A stretch of 64,000 nt of DNA, taken from positions 68,279-132,278 of the forward strand of contig JANWJF010000001.1 of the NCBI GenBank assembly GCA_025449535.1, read 5' to 3'. Position 1 is the first letter of the stretch; every line of letters begins with the position of its first letter. A model generated the notes under the pieces. The model was not told the origin of the DNA and did not search any database. It saw only the letters and a list, made by a program, of their open reading frames with translations. Made by a program: the position numbers and the translations under genes. This stretch comes from Candidatus Saccharimonadia bacterium. GTDB lineage: Bacteria; Patescibacteriota; SICC01. Below, one piece after another: positions 37,738 through 47,289 of this stretch.

Positions 37738-40590
37738 ATGCCTGGAACATTCCTCAGCACAGTCAGGGATCGAGTGAGCGGCAGGCGCCTGCGGCGACGG
37801 TTCGTGGCGCTTCTGGCCACCGGGCTGGTCGTGGCCGGCGGTGCCTACGCGCTCACCGAGCTGCCGAAGCAGTCTCCTGCCCGGACGGCAGGAGTCAGCG
37901 CCGTATACATCGATAACCTGGACGTGGCGGCCACCGGCGGCGACAAGGGCGTGGTGCTGAGCTACAACACCAGCCCGGTGAAGCGGAATAACGGCTCGAT
38001 CGCCGCGGGCACCCGGATGGTGATCACGGTCACCAAGCCGGACGCCAGCGAGATCACGTTCAAGCAGAGCACCGACCAGGACGGCCGGATCCGCGGCCAG
38101 GTCTACGGCGCCGAGCTGAACCAGGATGGCATCTACGGCCTGGAATTGCGGGTGGACGGCACGTCCGTCTCGGACTCGGCCAGCTTCACGATCGACGAAC
38201 GGGCGCGGCTCGGGGCGAACAGCCAGATCTTTACCGGCAACAACCAGATCTTCCGGAATACCGCCGATTCCGCCACCGCCTTCACCGTCCAGAAGGCGGA
38301 CGGCACCGAGGTGCTCGGCGTGGACACGACCGGTGGCGGGGAGGTGCGGGTCACCGACCTCACGGCCACCGGTACGATCACGGCGGCCGACTTCTCGGGC
38401 GACGGGTCGAACCTCACGGGCGTCACCGCCGACACGCTCGACGGCCAGGACGGCAGCTACTACCTCGACCTGGGCAATGCCACCGGCACCCTGGCCGTGG
38501 CCCGGGGCGGCACCGGCACGGGGACCGTTCCGACCAACGGCCAGCTCTTGATCGGCAACGGCACCGGCTATACCGTCGCCACCCCGACCGGCACGGGCAT
38601 CACCGTCGGTACGGGCGCGGGCACTCTCTCCTTCTCTACCGTTTATGGTTCGGGTGTAAACACCGCCGTCCAGGGCGACACCACCCTGACCTGTCCCTCC
38701 GGCACCGGCAACCTCACCGGCGGCGGGACCAGTATCACGCTGGGTTCCGGAGGTACCTGCGGCGCCCTGGACACCGTGAACAACCCCACCTTCTCCGGGT
38801 TGGTCACCGGCAACGCCGGCGGACTCTTCGTGGCTGCCGACCTGAACGGCACCGCCCTCACCGCCCGAGGGGTCGCCAGCCAGTCCGCCGACCTGATCCG
38901 GGCCGAGGACTCAAGCACCACTACGCTCTTCAGCGTCGGGGGCGCGGGCGGGATCCTGAGCCGGCGGGCGGGCACCGGCCAGAGCGTCTTCGCCGGACGC
39001 ATCACCACCGACTCTGTCAGCCGGTTCAACGTGCTCGCCAGCGGCCAGCTGGAGTGGGGGCCCGGCGGAGCTGGCGCGATCGACACCACTCTCTTCCGGG
39101 ACACGGGTAACACCTTGAGGACCAACGGTACCTTCTTGGTGGGCTCCAACATCTCGTTCGACACCGACATCAAGGTCGCCCGGGGGGCTGCCACCGACGT
39201 GGTCTTCGCCAGCGACACCGCGGCGGACAGCTTCGACCGCTTCCGGATCATGGCAGACGGCAAGCAGGAGTGGGGCCCGGGGAACGGGGCCCGGGACACC
39301 ACCCTGTACCGGGACGCCGCGGGCAATCTGCTTAAGACGGACGACGCGTTCGTGGCGGCCGTCGGCAGTACCAACCCCGGCGCCTTCGACCGCCTGACCA
39401 ATGACGGCACGATCGTCTCGCTCCGCCAAGATGGCACCGAGGAGGGCACGATCTCCGTTTCGGGCACCACGGTCAGCTATAACGCTTTCACCGGCTCTCA
39501 CTACGCCGACGCGCAGGAATCCATCGACGAAGGCATGCTCGTCACCCTGACCGGTACGAACGGACGCTTGGGCGACCGCCCGGACTCCGAAGTGCTCTAT
39601 GGCGTTAAACGTGCCACTAAGGCCAATGATGCGGGAATCATGGGTGCATACCTGAGCGTACTTAATCCGAAAACGGCCAAGAACGAGAACCGTCCGGAAT
39701 CGGCCGCCAACCCGAGCCTGGTAATGGCGGTCGGTAACGGCGACGTGTGGGTGGCCGACAACGGGAAGAACCTCAATCCCGGCGACAACCTGATCAGCTC
39801 CGACATCGCCGGTCACGCCATGGCAGATACGGGCGAGTATCCGGTGAGCCACGTAGTGGCGAAGGTAGCCGAACCGACCGACTGGGACGCGGTGGACGAG
39901 ACGGTAGATGCGGACGGCCGGGACGTCAAGCACCGGAAGGTCTCCGTCTTCTTCACTCAGTTCGACAAGCCGAATCGCGGCGGCGTTGAGGACCTGCGGG
40001 AAGTCGAGGAACGGGTCGAACGGCTAGAGGCGAAACTGGATGAGCTGGCCGGAGGTGCGGCGCTGCCTTCTCTGCCCGAGGTGACCGCTTCGCCGGCCCC
40101 ATCGCCCGGGTCGCCGGACGCGCTCTCGCAAAGCATCGCCGAGCTGCGGACCGAGGCGATCGCCGCGGACAAGGAACATGACGCCGAGAACGACGAACGG
40201 TTCGAGCGGCTCGAGCGGCAGTTGTCGGCCATAGCGGCGGTCGTGCGAAGCCGCGAAGTGACCGGCTCCGAGGGGACGAACCGGTCGATCCTTGGGGATA
40301 TGGGACTCTATGCGACAGACCCGCCGGACGGCTCCGGTACCGTGGACGGCGTGACCGGCGACCCGACGAAAGGCGACGGGTTCGATGCGAAACGGACCGC
40401 CAAGGGCATCTACGCGATCACGTTCGCGGATGCCCGGCCCCGCGTCCCGAGCCCGACGGTCACTCCGAAGGACCCGAACGGCGTAGTGATCTGCAGTGTC
40501 CACGACGTGACCGAGGAAGGATTCGCAGTGAAGTGTCAGGACGTCCAAGGCCGTGGAGTCGACCAGGAATTCGCGTTCCGGGCCTGGTGA
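37738..40590 (+). CDS. Large Gly/Thr-rich surface/fibre protein with tail-fibre-like modules
   Basis: N-terminal anchor, Ig-like segment, LAVARGGTG motif, two EWGPG...DTTLxR repeats, YNAFTGSH chaperone-like region, coiled coil, C-terminal beta domain. Confidence 0.75.
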   Translation: MPGTFLSTVRDRVSGRRLRRRFVALLATGLVVAGGAYALTELPKQSPARTAGVSAVYIDNLDVAATGGDKGVVLSYNTSPVKRNNGSIAAGTRMVITVTKPDASEITFKQSTDQDGRIRGQVYGAELNQDGIYGLELRVDGTSVSDSASFTIDERARLGANSQIFTGNNQIFRNTADSATAFTVQKADGTEVLGVDTTGGGEVRVTDLTATGTITAADFSGDGSNLTGVTADTLDGQDGSYYLDLGNATGTLAVARGGTGTGTVPTNGQLLIGNGTGYTVATPTGTGITVGTGAGTLSFSTVYGSGVNTAVQGDTTLTCPSGTGNLTGGGTSITLGSGGTCGALDTVNNPTFSGLVTGNAGGLFVAADLNGTALTARGVASQSADLIRAEDSSTTTLFSVGGAGGILSRRAGTGQSVFAGRITTDSVSRFNVLASGQLEWGPGGAGAIDTTLFRDTGNTLRTNGTFLVGSNISFDTDIKVARGAATDVVFASDTAADSFDRFRIMADGKQEWGPGNGARDTTLYRDAAGNLLKTDDAFVAAVGSTNPGAFDRLTNDGTIVSLRQDGTEEGTISVSGTTVSYNAFTGSHYADAQESIDEGMLVTLTGTNGRLGDRPDSEVLYGVKRATKANDAGIMGAYLSVLNPKTAKNENRPESAANPSLVMAVGNGDVWVADNGKNLNPGDNLISSDIAGHAMADTGEYPVSHVVAKVAEPTDWDAVDETVDADGRDVKHRKVSVFFTQFDKPNRGGVEDLREVEERVERLEAKLDELAGGAALPSLPEVTASPAPSPGSPDALSQSIAELRTEAIAADKEHDAENDERFERLERQLSAIAAVVRSREVTGSEGTNRSILGDMGLYATDPPDGSGTVDGVTGDPTKGDGFDAKRTAKGIYAITFADARPRVPSPTVTPKDPNGVVICSVHDVTEEGFAVKCQDVQGRGVDQEFAFRAW

Positions 40591-40593
40591 CCG

Positions 40594-41352
40594 TTATGGC
40601 CGGAGCGTACCGGCGAATACCTGCCAGGCCAGGGCAGATTTCGCGAACAGGCTGAGCAGGACGTACGCCCGCTCCCCGTAGAGGTACTCGCGCCACTTAC
40701 CCGCCTTCTTGTACTGCAGGACCATGTTGATCGCGAAGCAGTTGAAGAAGACGAAGATGCTCACGAAAATCCAGTAGACGAAGTCCGGGGCCTTGCTGCC
40801 GTATGCGGCGCCGGAGGCCAGGTAGAGCGCCACCGCGATCCACGGGCCGATCCCGGCCGCGCAGCCGACCCAGAACGGCAGCCAGTCGGTACGCGCGGCG
40901 TCCTGGTCGCGGACCTCCATCACCAGTCCGCAGAGGTTCATCACAGCGACGGCCAGGAAGATCAACGCCAGCGCGGCGGCGTCATAGATGCCGACCAGCA
41001 TCGCGACCGCCACCATCATCGTACTGGCAGAGAACGCGTACTCCACCCAGCGGAACCGGTTGATGCCTTTCCGCAGGCCCCGCTCGTACCGGCGACGGCC
41101 GACCGTCGCGACGACCAAGTGCGCCACGGCGGACATGAACAGGAACGCCACGACCAAGGCGGCCAGCGGGACGTCCGCGATCGCCTTGGCGGCAGGCACG
41201 AGCGACTGCGACGTCGGGTCGAACTGCAGGAAGCCGAGGTTCAGCGGCAGCGAGAAGTCCGTCGCCAGTACCCAGATCACGATTCCCTGCAAGGCATGGA
41301 GCCCTGCCATCGTCAGGTTGAAGCGCTGTAATTTTTCTAGTTTTCCTGCCAT
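40594..41352 (-). CDS. heR: Heliorhodopsin
   Basis: LHALQ, SAVAH, NRFRWVEY, YLYGERAYVLLSLFAKSALAWQVF with the retinal-binding Lys. Confidence 0.95.
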   Translation of the reverse strand: MAGKLEKLQRFNLTMAGLHALQGIVIWVLATDFSLPLNLGFLQFDPTSQSLVPAAKAIADVPLAALVVAFLFMSAVAHLVVATVGRRRYERGLRKGINRFRWVEYAFSASTMMVAVAMLVGIYDAAALALIFLAVAVMNLCGLVMEVRDQDAARTDWLPFWVGCAAGIGPWIAVALYLASGAAYGSKAPDFVYWIFVSIFVFFNCFAINMVLQYKKAGKWREYLYGERAYVLLSLFAKSALAWQVFAGTLRP

Positions 41353-41394
41353 CTGCCGTCCAGTCTAACGTATGCGTACTTTCCTTTGGTTAAG

Positions 41395-42615
41395 CTATAC
41401 CCTTCGTGCCTTCAGTGCCGGGAATCGCTCCGTCATGATCAACAAGGAAGAAATCGCCGCGAACACGAAGCCCAGCTTGACCACGGTGGTGTCCGGCATC
41501 ACGTACGTCAGCAGTACCAGCCCGACCCACCCTAGCGCCTTGACGATACTGCCGACGAACTCCATCACCGCGAAGTACTCGATCCGGCGGTTCGCTATGT
41601 CGTCGCCGCGGTCGTACATCCCCTTGCGGTACGGCAGATGGTACGACACGGTCATCGCCTCGTTGGCAAGGTTCACCAGCAGCGCGGTCGGGTAGAGCGT
41701 CACGAACGGTCGGAACAAGTGCAGAATCGCGTTCGACGTGGCACCGAACCGCAGTAACAGCCTGCCCCGATGCTTGTCGACCAGCCTGCCGATCGTCAGT
41801 GCCGCTACGATCGATGCGACGACCGAGACCGAGGCCAACAGGCCGAGGCCCGCGTAGGCAGCCGCCCCCGTCAGCACGAACACACCGAGATACAGCGGCC
41901 AGAGGAAGCCGCACCAGGTCAGTTCCATGCTGTATGGCACGAATGAAATCAGGTCGTGCTTTATCCGCCGCCATGGCAACGACCATGGACGGAACGGCTG
42001 GCGGGTCGGGATCGGCTCAGCCGTCCGTAAAAGCGGCCAGGCGCCCACGACCAGCATGAAGATTCCCGCCAGGAAGATGTACTGCCCGCCGAAGAAAGTC
42101 GCCACCATGCCCCCGACCAGCGGACCGAGGACTCCGCCGGCCTTCTCCATCACGTTCGCATACCCGAGTTCCTTGCCACCATGGTCCTTATGTTTGATCT
42201 TCGAGAAGTCGACGCTGAACGGGATGCAGAACAGGCTGCTGGCCCCGCCCCAGATCCCGCCGAGCAGCCAGATCGGCCAGCCCATCTGGGGCACGGTCAG
42301 GAACAAGACGGCTGAAAGGGCCAACATCCAGTAGCTGCAGATGATCGTGTGCTTCGGGCCGACCCGAGCCACCAGCCAGCCGGTGAGTAGGTCGAATATC
42401 ACCGCCCGGAAGACAAAGTACCAAGTCGCCAGGATCATCACTTCGACTATCGAGAACCCCTGCTTGAGCATATAGAGGGGTACGAAGATGTTCGTCAGGC
42501 TCAGCGCGAGGCTCCGGAACATCGTGCTGACGTAGATCTCACTTAGTTCGTCGAAGCCGACGTTTCGCCAGAAGTGACGGCGGCGTAGCAGACGATGAAG
42601 GGCTTGTTTTAGCAT
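41395..42615 (-). CDS. MFS transporter
   Basis: About 12 TM; GWLVARVGPK and GRLVDKHRGR loop motifs, GPLVGG. Confidence 0.9.
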   Translation of the reverse strand: MLKQALHRLLRRRHFWRNVGFDELSEIYVSTMFRSLALSLTNIFVPLYMLKQGFSIVEVMILATWYFVFRAVIFDLLTGWLVARVGPKHTIICSYWMLALSAVLFLTVPQMGWPIWLLGGIWGGASSLFCIPFSVDFSKIKHKDHGGKELGYANVMEKAGGVLGPLVGGMVATFFGGQYIFLAGIFMLVVGAWPLLRTAEPIPTRQPFRPWSLPWRRIKHDLISFVPYSMELTWCGFLWPLYLGVFVLTGAAAYAGLGLLASVSVVASIVAALTIGRLVDKHRGRLLLRFGATSNAILHLFRPFVTLYPTALLVNLANEAMTVSYHLPYRKGMYDRGDDIANRRIEYFAVMEFVGSIVKALGWVGLVLLTYVMPDTTVVKLGFVFAAISSLLIMTERFPALKARRV

Positions 42616-42846
42616 GACGTTTTTGGTTTCTGGTTCAGTGTAGTGCACCCTTAAGATATACGGCGCGTACCGTGGTCGAAAAGACCACACGTTCCTGAAA
42701 CGAGCTTGGACATACTACCAACGTGCTGCAGTCCATAGATTGCTGCACTCTTTCATGACAAAGAAAGTAAGTTTTACTGACGCCAAGAAGTATTTTGATT
42801 TTGCCTGCCGTCAGGTAGAACCTCAGTAGCCCTTGTTCGGGCGCGC

Positions 42847-44088
42847 TCAGGCTGCTGGCTTGATCGGTAACGGCTGATTGCACGTCGGGTAGGTCGGTTT
42901 GCCGGCGAACCGGTCGCCCAGCCAGTCGGTGACCGCCGGGCCGGTCACGATCGCGGTGTCCTGGTGGCTGACCTTGTCGATCCAAAGCAGCTGGAGGTCC
43001 GAGCCGGCCGTGCACCACGACTTCGCCAGGAGCGCCGTCGTGTCCGGCAGGACCACCTTGTCGGAGAGGCTTTGCGCTACCAGGAGCGGCCGGTTCGGCG
43101 GCAGCGCCGTCGGCGTCTGCTCCTCGGCGGCGCCGCGCCAGCTCGGATCCGTCATCGGCTCACGGACGAAGAACCGCTCTCCCGCCGTATGGCGCAGCAG
43201 CGCGTCGATGCCGGACAGTACCACGCATTCCCGGGCGATCCGGTCGGCGTTCTCGCGGCCCGGCTCCGTCACTAATCCGAGGTTGAGGTCCGGGTACGCC
43301 GTCGGCCAGGTCGCCGTCACGTCGGACCCGATCACCCAGGCGGCGGCCGAGTCGAGCTGGGCGGTCTGCTCATCGAACAGGGATACCAGTTCCGCGGCCG
43401 GTGCGCCGGCCGCGGTTCCCACCAGCGTCAGTTCCGGCGCGTAGGCACGGGACTCCTGGGCCGACCAGAGCGCGGAGTGGCCGCCCTGCGAGTGGCCCCA
43501 GAGCGCGAACCGGCTGCCGGACTGCGGATCCACCTGCCGGGCCGCCCGGACCGAGTTCAGGACGTCGCGGGCCTCGTCCTTGCCGACCAGGTAGCGGCTG
43601 ATGCCCGCGGTGCCGAGTCCCGAGTAATCCGTGGCCGTGACCACCCAGCCCCGCTTCAGCATCCCGCCGAGCCAGTCCATGTCGGCCAAAGGCTGCTGCG
43701 ACCGGGACGGCGCGCAGGAATCGCCGAGTCCGATCGTGCCGTGCGCCCAGGCGACCACCGGGCGCCCCGACCGCTCCCCCGCCGGGCGGAAGACCATCCC
43801 CGAGGATACGGTCGGCGTGCCGTCGCCACGTTCGCTCCGATAAAGAATCCGTTCCGCGCTGCCGCCCGCCGGCACGGCAACGTCCATTTGTTCCCGTTTG
43901 AGTACCGTCCCGGGCTGGCGTCGTTCGTAGTCCGTCGGCGCGTCGTAGAACGGCTGCAGCGCCGCCTGACGCCGCTCATCATCGTCCTGCCGGACGGCCA
44001 ACCAGGCGGCCAACGCCAAGAGCGCGACGATCACGGCCGCGAGTAAGACCCGGAAGGCCGGGTGCGGATGGTTTGGTTTTGCTGTCAT
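42847..44088 (-). CDS. Secretory lipase (LIP) family alpha/beta hydrolase
   Basis: WAHGT, CAPS, TDYSGLG, WGHSQGG, D and H triad candidates. Confidence 0.9.
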   Translation of the reverse strand: MTAKPNHPHPAFRVLLAAVIVALLALAAWLAVRQDDDERRQAALQPFYDAPTDYERRQPGTVLKREQMDVAVPAGGSAERILYRSERGDGTPTVSSGMVFRPAGERSGRPVVAWAHGTIGLGDSCAPSRSQQPLADMDWLGGMLKRGWVVTATDYSGLGTAGISRYLVGKDEARDVLNSVRAARQVDPQSGSRFALWGHSQGGHSALWSAQESRAYAPELTLVGTAAGAPAAELVSLFDEQTAQLDSAAAWVIGSDVTATWPTAYPDLNLGLVTEPGRENADRIARECVVLSGIDALLRHTAGERFFVREPMTDPSWRGAAEEQTPTALPPNRPLLVAQSLSDKVVLPDTTALLAKSWCTAGSDLQLLWIDKVSHQDTAIVTGPAVTDWLGDRFAGKPTYPTCNQPLPIKPAA

Positions 44089-44289
44089 GCCTGGCTCCCC
44101 TCTGTCTCGTTGCTTGCAGCATCGGCCTTCCCTGCCTGGCAGTCAAGCCGGTCGGTTGCTGAGCGCATTGAGCAGGGTGTATGCTGGCTTCCATGTGAAG
44201 CCGTGCGCCAAGCGCATTCCGCTTCATAGACCCAGCTCATTGAGATCACGGGTCTCGAGAATCCTACCAGACACGACGAGGGGAGTTGG

Positions 44290-44427
44290 ATGTCCCGAGG
44301 TAACAGCAAGTCCGGCACGACCAAACAGCGGGGCCGGAAACGGCACAAATTCGAAAAGGCTCCGCATGGTCGCGAGCGCCGGGCGATGGCGAAGAACAGA
44401 GGTGGCAAGGTCCAGCCCGCTACCTGA
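44290..44427 (+). CDS. Small highly basic protein (45 aa, not in ORF track)
   Basis: GAGGGGAG RBS; MSRGNSKSGTTKQRGRKRHKFEKAPHGRERRAMAKNRGGKVQPAT; followed by a hairpin. Confidence 0.5.
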   Translation: MSRGNSKSGTTKQRGRKRHKFEKAPHGRERRAMAKNRGGKVQPAT

Positions 44428-44439
44428 CCTTCGGCGGAA

Positions 44440-44477
44440 CGGACGCGAGCGATTCCCTGACGCCTCGCTCGCGTCCG
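44440..44477. terminator. 13-bp hairpin between convergent genes
   Basis: CGGACGCGAGCGA-N12-TCGCTCGCGTCCG. Confidence 0.55.
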
Positions 44478-44514
44478 ACCGCCCCGCCCCTACCGTGATC
44501 TCAATGACTGACCC

Positions 44515-46152
44515 CTACTTGAATACCCGGAACGGGCTTCCTTCGGGATCCCAGTTCTGGTCCGAGAGCAGCGCGTTCCGCTCCGCCAGGCTGGCGGTGA
44601 AGAAGTGCTTCCGGAACCGCGGGCTCCAGAAACGGTACAGCGGTCCCGAGTCCGCCACGGCCGATACCGGGGCGCAGGCCATCGCGCCCTCGAACTTCCA
44701 GTTCGGGTCGCCCGTCTGGAGATGGTTCCGCTCCGCCTCGTTCACGGTGTAGAAGTGGCTCTGGAAGCGGCTGCTGTAGAACCGGTAGACCTCCTCGCGG
44801 CCGCCAGAGCAGGTCCCGCTAGCCGTCGGCGGGAGGAATCCGGTCACACCTTCGGAGCGCCAACTGCCGCCATGCTGATCGTTGTCGTTCTTGAGCAGCT
44901 GGTCCCGTTCCGACTTGCTCAGCGTGTAGAAGTGGGCGTTGCCGCGCTTCGGGCTGTAGAACCGATACAGCGCGGTGGTCCCGGCCGGGGTCCCGGCCGG
45001 CGGCGTCTCGTCGATGGATGACTCGACCTCATAGACCGTCCCGCCGAACGTCGCCATGTACAGCGCGCCGTCCGGGCCGCGGCCGAACGTCGAGATGTTC
45101 TGGTCGGTGTCGGCGATCCGGTTCACCTGGGCGCCCTTGGCCGTCGATTCCAGCGTCCAGACGTCCCCGCCGCAAAAGTCGCCGAAGAAGTAGTGCCCAT
45201 ACAGGAAGTCGCCCGAGGTCTGGCGCGCCACTTCCCCGCCGGTCACGCTGCAGCGGCCGCTTTCGTGGCCGTACTGGAAGTCCGGGAACCGGTAAGAACC
45301 CGCGGACCCGCAGCCGGCGGATTCGAACACGTTCGTGCCCTCGTAACAGTCCCAGCCGAAGTTAGCCGGTCCCGCGGCCGCGCTCCGGGTGTCGATCTCC
45401 TCGCGAGCGCCCTGGCCGACGTCCCCGATGTACAATCCGCCGGTCAGCGGATCGAACCCGATCCGCCAGGGATTCCGGAGGCCTGAGTGATAGACGCGCT
45501 CGTCCCCGCCGCCGGAATCGTACGGATTGCCGGCCGGGATGGAATAGTACGGCGCGCTATCCTCGGGCGTCACCCTGAGGATCTTGCCACGCGGCTCGTC
45601 CGGATCCTGGGCGGTCTCGAACGGGTCGCCGCCCCCGCCGCCGTCCCCGGTGCCGAGGTAGAGGTTCCCGTCCCCGCCGAACCGCAGCGCGCCGCCGTTG
45701 TGGTTGCTGTGCGTCGGGTGGGCGATCGTGAACAGTTCCACGCGCGAGCCCGGATCCGCGGCGGTGTCCGTATCGCGCGTGTACCGCGCCAGCACGTTAT
45801 TACCCGCGGCATTGGTGTGATAGACGTAGAAGAACCCATTGGTCTCGTAATCCGGGTGGAACGCCAGCCCGAGCAGGCCTTGCTCGCCGCCCGTGATCAC
45901 CAGGCCGCTGATGTCGAGGAACGTCCCGCCGTCACCGCCGTCCGCGTCGAGAATCTGGATCGTCCCGCCCTTCTCGACCACGAACACCCGTTCCGAGTCG
46001 TCCGGATCGGCGGTCGCGGCCAGGTCGACCGGCTGCGAGAACCCGCTCGCCACCGTGCGGAACGTCACCTTGGGGCCGTGGGCGGAAGCCGGGGCCGGTA
46101 CGACCAAGACGGCCACTAGTACGGCGGTTACTGCCGCGGCCAACATATGCAT
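44515..46152 (-). CDS. PQQ-dependent glucose/sorbosone dehydrogenase family protein with C-terminal DUF5648-like repeats
   Basis: GEQGLLGLAFHP, NHNGG, GLRNPWR, GDVGQ; three LYRF...HFYT repeats; signal peptide. Confidence 0.9.
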   Translation of the reverse strand: MHMLAAAVTAVLVAVLVVPAPASAHGPKVTFRTVASGFSQPVDLAATADPDDSERVFVVEKGGTIQILDADGGDGGTFLDISGLVITGGEQGLLGLAFHPDYETNGFFYVYHTNAAGNNVLARYTRDTDTAADPGSRVELFTIAHPTHSNHNGGALRFGGDGNLYLGTGDGGGGGDPFETAQDPDEPRGKILRVTPEDSAPYYSIPAGNPYDSGGGDERVYHSGLRNPWRIGFDPLTGGLYIGDVGQGAREEIDTRSAAAGPANFGWDCYEGTNVFESAGCGSAGSYRFPDFQYGHESGRCSVTGGEVARQTSGDFLYGHYFFGDFCGGDVWTLESTAKGAQVNRIADTDQNISTFGRGPDGALYMATFGGTVYEVESSIDETPPAGTPAGTTALYRFYSPKRGNAHFYTLSKSERDQLLKNDNDQHGGSWRSEGVTGFLPPTASGTCSGGREEVYRFYSSRFQSHFYTVNEAERNHLQTGDPNWKFEGAMACAPVSAVADSGPLYRFWSPRFRKHFFTASLAERNALLSDQNWDPEGSPFRVFK

Positions 46153-46165
46153 GGATAGGCGTATG

Positions 46166-46660
46166 TCAGCCTCCTTGGACGGCTTTTTCTAGTTCGGCGA
46201 CGTCGATCTTCTGCATCTTGAGCATCGCCTGCATCGCTCGCTGCGACGTTCCCGGATCCGGATCGCTGAGCAGTTCGCCAAGCCTCTCCGGGACGATCTG
46301 CCAGGAGAGACCGAACCTGTCCTTCAACCAGCCGCACTGGCTTTCCGCACCGCCGTCGGCGATGAGCTTGTCCCAGTAGTAGTCGACTTCCTCCTGGTCC
46401 TTGCAGTCCACCACGAACGAGACCGCCTCGCTGAACTTGAACAACGGTCCGCCGTTCAGCGCCAGGAACTGCTGCCCCGCGATCTGAAACTCCACGGTCA
46501 GGACCGACCCTGCCGGTCTGCCGGAGACCTTCGCGCTCGCCTCATCGTAGCGGGCCGTCTTGCCGATCTTGGAATCCTTGAAGATCGACACGTAGGAATT
46601 CACGGCTTCCTCGGCCTGGTTGTCGAACCAGAGGCACGGGGTGATCTTCTGCTTGCTCAT
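46166..46660 (-). CDS. VOC/PhnB-like protein
   Basis: ITPCLWF, ALNGGP, CGWLKDRFGLSWQ. Confidence 0.92.
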   Translation of the reverse strand: MSKQKITPCLWFDNQAEEAVNSYVSIFKDSKIGKTARYDEASAKVSGRPAGSVLTVEFQIAGQQFLALNGGPLFKFSEAVSFVVDCKDQEEVDYYWDKLIADGGAESQCGWLKDRFGLSWQIVPERLGELLSDPDPGTSQRAMQAMLKMQKIDVAELEKAVQGG

Positions 46661-46733
46661 CGGGGTTCCTCCTTCTAGTAACGCGTCGTATCGTGCCCGG
46701 AATACGGCTGCCTGTCATCGTGGGAAGTGACAA

Positions 46734-47180
46734 TCACGCGGCTTCGGCGATCTGCTTGAGCTTCTCCAGCGCCTTCGGCCACAGGTCGTCGAACATGTCG
46801 GCGTATTTCTCGTCCGAATCCAGGTCTACCGTCAGCTTCGTGCCGTCGCCGTCGTCCTCGAACGTGTAGTTCTCGAACGCGGGTTCGGGATACGGGTGCT
46901 CCGTGCCGTCCCTGACCTCCCCGATGTGCTGGATCGAGACGAACTCATGCGGCCGGTTCTCCGCGATCCGCGCGTACATCCCCTCGGGCTTTCCTTGCTT
47001 GTTGGGGGCCACGAACCGGATGTCGCTCCCCTGCTCCCAGCTGCCTTCGTAAGACGAGTCCGTGGACGGGTCCGGCGAGAACGGTGCCGTCCACTGGCGG
47101 TAGGTCGCGTCATCGAGCATGGTCTTCCAGACCGTCTCTCGCGGCGCGGCTATCGTGATGGTGAAATGGAGTTTCTTCAT
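46734..47180 (-). CDS. SRPBCC domain protein
   Basis: ITIAAPRETVW, YEGSW, ENYTF, WPKALEKLK. Confidence 0.88.
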   Translation of the reverse strand: MKKLHFTITIAAPRETVWKTMLDDATYRQWTAPFSPDPSTDSSYEGSWEQGSDIRFVAPNKQGKPEGMYARIAENRPHEFVSIQHIGEVRDGTEHPYPEPAFENYTFEDDGDGTKLTVDLDSDEKYADMFDDLWPKALEKLKQIAEAA

Positions 47181-47289
47181 GGCTTGATCGTACTCAAACC
47201 ATACTGCGTCGGACTGCCGGCGCCAATAACCCCCTTGTGGGCAAACCGGCGCTTGGACCAATCCCTAGAGACGCCGGGTCACGCCAGGC

